DNA of 14,522 nt from the NCBI GenBank assembly GCA_039683575.1, contig JBDKRC010000101.1, positions 1-14,522 of the forward strand. Reading direction: 5' to 3'. The position numbers were made by a program, and so were the translations under genes. A model generated the notes under the pieces. That model did no database searches and was not told the origin of the DNA. It saw nothing but the letters and a program-made list of their open reading frames with translations. This DNA comes from Armatimonadia bacterium. Lineage in GTDB: Bacteria; Armatimonadota; Zipacnadia; Zipacnadales; UBA11051. Shown here one piece after another: positions 8,362-14,522 of this stretch. Each line of letters begins with the position of its first letter. Within the stretch, counting starts at the first letter, position 1.

Positions 8362-9270
8362 ATGTCCAGGCGCCTCTGGCTCGACACCCACATCCACGTC
8401 AGCGCCACCAACTCCGACGGTAGCCACCGCGACAACCTCGTCAAAGACCTTCTCGCGATGCTCGACGGCGATGGCGATGATCTTCGCCTTGTGATCAGCC
8501 CCGACGGTGCAGAGATGGCGCGGGTGAAGACCGACCCCGACGGGCAGCTCGACGGCGCGCGCTTCATCAAAAGCGTAGTTGATGGCGCCCCCGGCCGCGT
8601 CCTCGGCGCTTGCATGGTCAACCCCAACTACTTCGACGAGGCCAACCGCACCATGGACCTGTGCTTCGGGGAGTGGGGTTTCGTCCTGCTGGGGGAGATG
8701 CTGCAGTACATGATGGACTATAAGATGAACAGCGATCCGGTGGAGAAGCTCGTCCGCCGCGCCGCCAATGAGTTTGGCGTTCCCGTGCAGGTCCACATCT
8801 CCACCTCCCTGCCCTTCAGGGACAACGCCGGTTGGGGGATGGAGCACCTTGAGGACCTGCTGGGTCTTGCCCAGCGCGTTCCCGAGGCCAACTACATTCT
8901 CGCCCACTTCGTCGGCATGCCCGACGACCCGCCGGTGGTGGACCAGTACCTCGACCGCCTCGATCAGGAGTTCAGCACCTGGCCTGACAACTTCTACGCC
9001 GAAATTCGCGACTTCAACTCCCCCGGCGTGCGCAGCCTCCTCGCTCGCGTGCCTCACAACCGCATCATCGCCGGGACCGACTGGGTCACCCGCGTCGGGC
9101 CGCCTTTCCTGCCCTACGGCTGCATCTTCGGCGTGAAGACCGAGGACGAGAACCCGTATCCCCCTCGTGTCGCAACGATGGTCAAGTTCCTGCGCGAAGC
9201 GGGCGCCAGTGAGGAGACGATCGACCTCATCGGCAGCCGCAATGCTCTCGAACTGCTACCTCTGGGATAG
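8362..9270 (+). CDS. Amidohydrolase-superfamily metal-dependent TIM-barrel enzyme (Amidohydro_2-like)
   Basis: Metal-ligand motifs DTHIH, GE, VQVH, ILAH and GTDW in the canonical order, and a C-terminal NA.ELL. SD-like AGGAAG upstream. Confidence 0.87.
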   Translation: MSRRLWLDTHIHVSATNSDGSHRDNLVKDLLAMLDGDGDDLRLVISPDGAEMARVKTDPDGQLDGARFIKSVVDGAPGRVLGACMVNPNYFDEANRTMDLCFGEWGFVLLGEMLQYMMDYKMNSDPVEKLVRRAANEFGVPVQVHISTSLPFRDNAGWGMEHLEDLLGLAQRVPEANYILAHFVGMPDDPPVVDQYLDRLDQEFSTWPDNFYAEIRDFNSPGVRSLLARVPHNRIIAGTDWVTRVGPPFLPYGCIFGVKTEDENPYPPRVATMVKFLREAGASEETIDLIGSRNALELLPLG

Positions 9271-9503
9271 TCTCCCAAGTCTGTAACAGTATCGGATTAT
9301 CTTGACTGGAACCTGGCAATCTCCATGGGTGTTGTACTACTTGTGGCGGTTGGTTGGCTGGATTGTGGTCGTGTAGTATTTACGACCGCAGACGCAATTT
9401 CGCCGCATTTTGGCCTGGGCGAGGACGGTATTGTCACATTATCACCCGCTTCTGTGCGGGTGACACAATCCAATCACGCTAAAGCAACGATTTTGTAGCT
9501 AAG

Positions 9504-9533
9504 TTGACATCCCTGTCATGGCTGTGCTACCAT
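9504..9533 (+). promoter_or_regulatory. sigma70-type promoter with extended -10
   Basis: TTGACA (9504-9509), 18-bp spacer, TG-C-TACCAT (-10 at 9528-9533), with AT-richer DNA upstream. Predicted TSS near 9540. Confidence 0.75.
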
Positions 9534-9705
9534 CGCCTTGTTGTCTGCCGATAGTAGAGCAGTAGAAAGCGTACCCCGTCGTGGGAGCCCCCCTGTGCCT
9601 CCCACCAGTCGCCCAATTACCAGCCCTGTCTGAGCACGCACATCACCCCGCACGATTTCACGTCGCGCCGCACGACACCAAGCGGCAGATTCCTGGAGGT
9701 CTCAG

Positions 9706-10494
9706 ATGAGTCGTCGAAAATGGTCCCGGGACAAGATCATTGAGAACATTAAGCAACTGCAGGCGGACGGTCATTCGCTCAGCACCCGCAGCATGGCCGA
9801 GCTTGGCTATAGCGGAATGGTGACCACGTCTTACAAGCCGGAGTATTTCGGCAGTTGGCGCAACGCGATCGTGGCCGCGGGCTACGATCCGAAGGACGTC
9901 TGCCGCCGCAAGCGCAAGTGGACCCGGGAGCGCATTCTCGGCCACATCCAGGAACTCCACAAGGCCGGGGAGGACCTCTCGCACAGCGCCGCCAAGCGGG
10001 ACCACCAGTATCTGGTCGTTGTCGCCATCAACAACCGCTTCTTCGGCAGTTGGCGCGAGGCCGTCGAGGCCGCCGGGATCAACTATGAGGAAGTCAGCAA
10101 GCACGAGTACTGGAGCAAGGACCGGATCAGCGACCGCATTCGCGAGCTACACGACGCCGGCGAGTCGCTCAGTCACGAGGATGCCAAGCGCTATCACGGC
10201 GCCCTGGTCTCCGCCGCCAGCAGCCCCCGGTACTTTGGCAGTTGGGGCGCCGCAGTCCGTGCGGCAGGCCTGAACTATGACAGCATTCGCAAGATCAACC
10301 GCTGGACCCGCGACAAGATCATCAACACCATCAACGAACTGCACCAGCAGGGCGAATCGGTAAGCAACAGCAACATGCGCCGCCTTGGCTATCGCGGCAT
10401 GATGGAAGCCGCCACCCGCGACGAAAACTTCGGCTCATGGGCCGAGGCCGTGCAGGCTGCCGGCCTTGATTACGAAGACGTGCGTAAAGCGTAG
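9706..10494 (+). CDS. Protein composed only of four ~64-aa FGSW repeats (homing-endonuclease-associated-repeat-like); putative nucleic-acid-binding protein
   Basis: Repeats W(S/T)...I..L...G...S...FGSW..A...AAG begin at aa 6, 72, 136 and 200. SD GGAGGT upstream. No nuclease motif is visible. Confidence 0.8.
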   Translation: MSRRKWSRDKIIENIKQLQADGHSLSTRSMAELGYSGMVTTSYKPEYFGSWRNAIVAAGYDPKDVCRRKRKWTRERILGHIQELHKAGEDLSHSAAKRDHQYLVVVAINNRFFGSWREAVEAAGINYEEVSKHEYWSKDRISDRIRELHDAGESLSHEDAKRYHGALVSAASSPRYFGSWGAAVRAAGLNYDSIRKINRWTRDKIINTINELHQQGESVSNSNMRRLGYRGMMEAATRDENFGSWAEAVQAAGLDYEDVRKA

Positions 10495-10504
10495 CTAACC
10501 ATGC

Positions 10505-10538
10505 AAAAAGGGGCAGCGCTTCCGGCTGCCCCTTTTTT
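10505..10538 (+). terminator. Rho-independent terminator, potentially bidirectional
   Basis: AAAAAGGGGCAGC-GCTTCCG-GCTGCCCCTTTTTT starting 10 nt after the stop codon. Confidence 0.92.
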
Positions 10539-10587
10539 GTGGCTGCCTCGGGCAGGGATGTTGCTCAGAAAGTCGAAGTAGTACCAC

Positions 10588-11070
10588 ATGGTCAGGATGC
10601 AGGTTACCAAGGTCGGATTGGACCCCAGGCGCGTGCCGTTCGTGCTGCTGAGCGACGAAGGAGGCCGGCGTATGCTGCCGATCTGGATCGGCGCCTTCGA
10701 GGCCAACGCCATCGCCACCGAACTGCAGGGCAAGACCTTCCCGCGCCCTCTCACCCACGATCTCCTGTGTTCAGTCGTGACTCGCCTGGGTTTTGAGATT
10801 GCCGAAGTCAGCGTCACCAGGATCGAGGACAGCACCTACTATGCCCTCCTCCACCTGCGCTGTGGTGCCCATACCGTCGAAATCGACTGCCGGCCCAGTG
10901 ACGCGATCGCTATCTCTCTCCGCTGCGGCGCACCTATTTTCGTCGCCGAAGAGGTATTGGAGCTTCACGAGGCCAATGAAGAGGTAGAGCGCTTCAGGGA
11001 CCTCCTGCAGGGGATCGAGCCAGAGCTGGGGGAGAGCGATCTGGACCTCCCGCCCGAACCTGACGCTTGA
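10588..11070 (+). CDS. Bifunctional nuclease family protein (DUF151/BFN)
   Basis: LPIWIGAFEANAI, RPLTHDL, IDCRPSDAIAI and PIFVAEEV are family hallmarks. Acidic tail. The start may be the ATG at 10588 or 10597. Confidence 0.93.
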   Translation: MVRMQVTKVGLDPRRVPFVLLSDEGGRRMLPIWIGAFEANAIATELQGKTFPRPLTHDLLCSVVTRLGFEIAEVSVTRIEDSTYYALLHLRCGAHTVEIDCRPSDAIAISLRCGAPIFVAEEVLELHEANEEVERFRDLLQGIEPELGESDLDLPPEPDA

Positions 11071-11096
11071 AACCTACCGCGCGGAAAACGTATACT
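11067..11096 (+). promoter_or_regulatory. sigma70-type promoter for the UPF0182 gene
   Basis: TTGAAA (11067-11072, overlapping the DUF151 stop codon), 18-bp spacer, TATACT (11091-11096). Confidence 0.6.
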
Positions 11097-11110
11097 ATGA
11101 AGTCGGCCTC

Positions 11111-11138
11111 AGCCCTGGCCCGCTGCCAGGGCTTATTT
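11111..11138 (+). terminator. Terminator- or attenuator-like hairpin
   Basis: AGCCCTGGC-CCGCT-GCCAGGGCT perfect 9-bp stem followed by a weak TATTT tract. Confidence 0.45.
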
Positions 11139-11202
11139 GCCTGCATCCATTAAAGCCCCGGCGGGCAGCAGGGACGACGGCAGCCAAACTGGAGGAGATT
11201 AA

Positions 11203-14157
11203 GTGACGAGATCGAGTCGACTGCTCATCTACGGAATGGGGATCATCTTTGCCCTCATTCTGCTACAAAAAGCCTTCATCATGTACACCGACTACCTTTG
11301 GTACCAGTCACTGGGCCAGGTGTTGGTGTTCACGAAGATCCTCGGCACCCGTTGCGTGCTCGGCCTGCTTGTGGGCGGGGTCTTCTTTGCCTGGCTTTAC
11401 AGCAACCTCCGGTACGCTCGCAAGCCCCTGCCGTCGGACCTCAAGCTCATCGGCAAGCGCCTGCTGCCCGAGGAAGAGCGCGAGCAGATCGAAGCCTATG
11501 CTGACAAGGCGCTTCTGGTCTTCGCGGTTACCGGCGCGGTCATGGCCGGCATCGTCGCTTCCGGCCGCTGGCTGCAGTGGATGCAGCTCCGCAACGGCGG
11601 CTCCTTCGGCGAGACCGATGCCCTGTTCGGCAAGGACCTCGGCTTCTACGTCTTTGACCTCAGCTTCCTCAACTTCGTCTGGCAGTCCCTCTTCTTCGCG
11701 GTAGTCATCACTTTCATATCCGCGGCCATCGTGCACATCTACCAGGAGTCGGTGCGCCTCGTCGGCAACACGGTCCACGCCGTGCCGCAGGCCAAAACCC
11801 ACCTCCTCGGCCTGCTGGGCCTGGCTCTGCTCGTGAAGGCTTACGCCTACCGGCTCGCCCAGTACAACCTGCTCTACTCCAGCCGCGGCGAGGAATTCTT
11901 CGGTCCCTCCTATGCCGATGTTCATGGCCGCCTGCCCGTGCTCTACGTCCTGATCGCCGTCGCGCTCGTCGCCGGCCTGGTCATGTTCGTCAGCACCCGC
12001 TTGCGCAGCCTCAACGTCCCCATCGGCGCTCTCGCGGCGGTGCTCATCATCTCGCTGCTCGGCGGCTGGATCTACCCGGCGGCGCTGCAGCAGTTCGTGG
12101 TCAAGCCCAACCAGTTGACCATGGAGAGCAAGTACATCAGCAACAACATCAAGGCGACCCTGAAAGCCTACGGCCTGGACACGATCAGGGCCGAGCGCCA
12201 CGTTGTGCGCGAAAACCTTGATCAGCAGGCCATCCGCAACAATCGCGCCACGATCGACAACATCCGCCTGTGGGACCACCGCCCGCTCGAGACGACTTTC
12301 CAGCAGACGCAGGCCCTGCGCAGCTACTACCGCTTCACCGACGTGGACGTAGACCGCTACCTGGTCAACGGCCAGGAGCGCCAGGTCATGCTTGCCGGTC
12401 GTCTGCTCGACCGTACCGGCCTCGTACGCCCCACCTGGGTCAACCAGCACCTGCTCTACACTCACGGCTATGGCCTCTGTCTCGCTCCGGTCAATGAGAT
12501 CGTCGGCGACGGCTTGCCCAATTACTGGGTCAAAGACTTCCCGCCACAGTCAACCGCGCCGGAGTTGGCCGTCTCTCGGCCGCAGCTCTACTACTACACC
12601 AGCCGCCACCCGCGTCTGATCGAGTACATTTCGCCCCAGGAGCGCCCGCACGAGCCCGTGCAGCCCACGCAGCCCGCTGCCGGCCCCGGTGGCCCACCCG
12701 AGCCCGGAGCGCCCGGCCCTGCTGCCCAGGAGGCTGCTGCGCCCTCAAGCCCGGCCGGCCCCGGCACCTTCGGTCCGGACGTGCCGTACGTCATCGTCAA
12801 CACCAAGGAAGCCGAGTTTGACTATCCGCGAGGCGATGAGGCCACAGTGGCTGGCGCTGCCACCGAGCAGTACAACGCGACCACCAGGTACGCTGGCAAA
12901 GGCGACGTCCAGCTTTCCAGCTTCTTCCGCCGCTTCTGCTTCTTCATGCGCTTCCGGCATCCGCAGATCATGCTGACGACGTCCATCACGCCCGAGAGCC
13001 GCATTCTCTTCAACCGTGGCCTGCCCGAGCGTCTGATGACCGTTGCTCCCATCATGGGCTACGATCCGGACCCCTATCTGGTTATCAACAAGGGCCAGCT
13101 CAAGTGGATCAGCGACGCCTACACTGCGACCAACATGTACCCCTATTCGGCCCGCGTGCCGTGGTTCGGGGCCAACTACGTCCGCAACTCGGTTAAGGTT
13201 GTCACCGATGCCTATGATGGCGTCCCCGAGTTCTACGTCATGCCGACTCTGCCCGGCCAGAAGCCCGATCCGGTCATCGAATGCTGGCAGCGCGTCTTCC
13301 CGACTCTGTTCAAAGACTACGCGCAGATGGACGAGGGCCTCAAGAAGCATCTCCGGTATCCGCAGCTCATGTTCCGCATCCAGGCCGAGATCTACGCCAA
13401 GTACCACATGGAAAACCCGCAGACGTTCTTCCAGAAGGAAGACATGTGGGCCATCCCGCCGGAGGTCTACGGCAAGGGTCGGCGTGATGTGGAATCCTTC
13501 TATGTCAACATGAAGCTTCCGACCGAGAAGCAGGGCGGCGAGGAATTCCTGCTGATGCAGCCGTTCGCGCTCGCCCGCCGCGAGGACAAAAACATGGTCT
13601 CGTGGATGGCCGCCCGCTGCGACGCCCCGAACTACGGTCAGCTTATCGTCTACGAATTCCCCAAGACCGCGCTGGTCCAGGGGCCGATGCAGGTCGAGTC
13701 ACGCATCACACAGGATGCCGACATCTCCCAGCTCATCACCCTCTGGGGACAGGAAGGCTCGGACATCATCCGCGGCAACCTGCTCGTGATCCCGGTCGAC
13801 GACGCGCTCCTCTACGTGGAGCCCTTCTACCTGCAGGCGCAGAACAACCCGCTGCCGCAGCTCAAGCTCGTGGTCGTCGCCTACGACGACCGCGTGGTGA
13901 ACGCCCCGACCCTCAACGGTGCGCTGAACAAGCTCTTCGGCGAGGGCACCGCGCAAGCCACCGCGGCTGAGACTGAGGTCACGCTGTCGGCAACAGGTTC
14001 CATGCCGTCCGCCAACCTCAAGCAACTCCTCCAGCAGGCCGTCGCGCTGGATGCCGAAGCCCAGAAGGCCATGGCTCAGGGCGATCTGGCCACCTACCAG
14101 GCCAAGCAGCGCCAGCAGCAGCAACTGATACAGCGCGCGTTCCAAATGGCCAAGTAG
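11203..14157 (+). CDS. UPF0182 family integral membrane protein
   Basis: TDYLWYQSLG, DALFGKDLGFYVF, SYADVH, NIRLWD, DVDVDRY, HLLYTHGYG, NYVRNSVKVVTDAYDG, HLRYP, GNLLVIP and YVEPFYLQ. Multiple N-terminal TM segments. GTG start after SD GGAGGA. Confidence 0.95.
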   Translation: MTRSSRLLIYGMGIIFALILLQKAFIMYTDYLWYQSLGQVLVFTKILGTRCVLGLLVGGVFFAWLYSNLRYARKPLPSDLKLIGKRLLPEEEREQIEAYADKALLVFAVTGAVMAGIVASGRWLQWMQLRNGGSFGETDALFGKDLGFYVFDLSFLNFVWQSLFFAVVITFISAAIVHIYQESVRLVGNTVHAVPQAKTHLLGLLGLALLVKAYAYRLAQYNLLYSSRGEEFFGPSYADVHGRLPVLYVLIAVALVAGLVMFVSTRLRSLNVPIGALAAVLIISLLGGWIYPAALQQFVVKPNQLTMESKYISNNIKATLKAYGLDTIRAERHVVRENLDQQAIRNNRATIDNIRLWDHRPLETTFQQTQALRSYYRFTDVDVDRYLVNGQERQVMLAGRLLDRTGLVRPTWVNQHLLYTHGYGLCLAPVNEIVGDGLPNYWVKDFPPQSTAPELAVSRPQLYYYTSRHPRLIEYISPQERPHEPVQPTQPAAGPGGPPEPGAPGPAAQEAAAPSSPAGPGTFGPDVPYVIVNTKEAEFDYPRGDEATVAGAATEQYNATTRYAGKGDVQLSSFFRRFCFFMRFRHPQIMLTTSITPESRILFNRGLPERLMTVAPIMGYDPDPYLVINKGQLKWISDAYTATNMYPYSARVPWFGANYVRNSVKVVTDAYDGVPEFYVMPTLPGQKPDPVIECWQRVFPTLFKDYAQMDEGLKKHLRYPQLMFRIQAEIYAKYHMENPQTFFQKEDMWAIPPEVYGKGRRDVESFYVNMKLPTEKQGGEEFLLMQPFALARREDKNMVSWMAARCDAPNYGQLIVYEFPKTALVQGPMQVESRITQDADISQLITLWGQEGSDIIRGNLLVIPVDDALLYVEPFYLQAQNNPLPQLKLVVVAYDDRVVNAPTLNGALNKLFGEGTAQATAAETEVTLSATGSMPSANLKQLLQQAVALDAEAQKAMAQGDLATYQAKQRQQQQLIQRAFQMAK

Positions 14158-14188
14158 CAGGAGCCGCTGCCACTACTGACGAACCTAA

Positions 14189-14220
14189 AGGGGCGACACC
14201 AACTCGGTGTCGCCCCTGTT
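14189..14220 (+). terminator. Probable intrinsic terminator after UPF0182
   Basis: AGGGGCGACACC-AACTC-GGTGTCGCCCCT perfect 12-bp stem with a short TGTT tail. Confidence 0.7.
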
Positions 14221-14255
14221 GCCATCACCGCGGCCTGGGCCCAACCTCAAGCCGC

Positions 14256-14277
14256 GTAGTGCGGGCGTCTCGCCCGC
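14256..14277 (+). repeat. REP-like palindrome, family 1
   Basis: GTAGTGCGGGCGTCTCGCCCGC differs by one base from each of the 4084 and 7282 copies. Confidence 0.85.
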
Positions 14278-14323
14278 TTCTTGTCGTACGAGCGGCTTGC
14301 ATTCCCGCCGCATGGCCGCCGTC

Positions 14324-14365
14324 TGACCCCAAAGGGGTCACCGACCATAGCCAGGGGTGAAACCC
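14324..14365 (+). repeat. Third palindromic repeat type, apparently truncated
   Basis: Hairpin TGACCCC-AAA-GGGGTCA, then ATAGCCAGGGG-TGAAA-CCC, which lacks the CTGG needed to close the second stem. Confidence 0.55.
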
Positions 14366-14522
14366 ATACGCGCTAACTTAGGTCCCAATTTCACTAGTAG
14401 GGCGGGCGGCTCGCCAGTAGTGCCTCACAAAAAACCTAGACACCTTAGCTGGGCCTTTGTGGGCTGCTCCCAGAGCCGTTCGCGCAGTTTTAGCCAGACA
14501 TTTCTTAGACCGGTCACGCGGC
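14365..14522 (-). mobile_element. Possible end of an insertion sequence (IS4-like CAT terminus) running off the window
   Basis: CATACGCGCTAACTTAGG begins where the palindrome is interrupted, and GC content drops. Two minus-strand frames are open from the window edge, with stops at 14425-14427 and 14378-14380. No transposase motif is visible. Confidence 0.4.

Noticed and set aside
7847-9057. ORFs 7847..8494 (+) and 8215..9057 (-) both containing VAGTLRVP
   Set aside because: The shared peptide is just the translation of the 29-bp inverted repeat, and both ORFs overlap real genes.
9302-9340. Second promoter starting at TTGACT (9302-9307)
   Set aside because: No acceptable -10 hexamer at 16-19 bp spacing.
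9706-10494. Active homing endonuclease or mobile intron
   Set aside because: No HNH, GIY-YIG or LAGLIDADG motif, no interrupted host gene, and it has its own promoter and terminator.
9706-11070. Repeat protein plus DUF151 nuclease as a two-component targeting system
   Set aside because: A strong terminator separates them and DUF151 is a widespread gene. Adjacency alone is not support without conserved synteny.
11308-14145. Several minus-strand ORFs (385, 220 and 148 aa)
   Set aside because: Antisense shadows of the well-supported UPF0182 gene.

Overview
GC-rich bacterial chromosomal window with all complete genes on the + strand. The gene mix and repeat style suggest an uncultured-type lineage such as Armatimonadota or PVC, but this is inference only. 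Order: 3' end of a RecD2-like helicase; an apparently inserted PD-(D/E)XK (NucS/DUF91-like) nuclease gene followed by a 7-bp tandem repeat; a standalone class II glutamine amidotransferase-like protein; a secreted SGNH hydrolase; a glycosidase-like beta-propeller protein; a secreted beta-helix protein; an AAC(3)-family acetyltransferase with atypical catalytic motifs; an amidohydrolase; a 435-bp structured intergenic region with a strong sigma70 promoter driving a monocistronic protein made only of four FGSW-type (homing-endonuclease-associated-like) repeats arranged A-B-B-A; a DUF151 bifunctional nuclease; and a UPF0182 membrane protein. Intergenic spaces carry several REP-like palindrome families, and the window ends in a probable IS terminus that interrupts a palindromic repeat. 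The best candidate for an undescribed system is the nuclease-free repeat protein with its structured leader and upstream region (9271-10540). All family assignments come from motif recognition by eye, not database searches.
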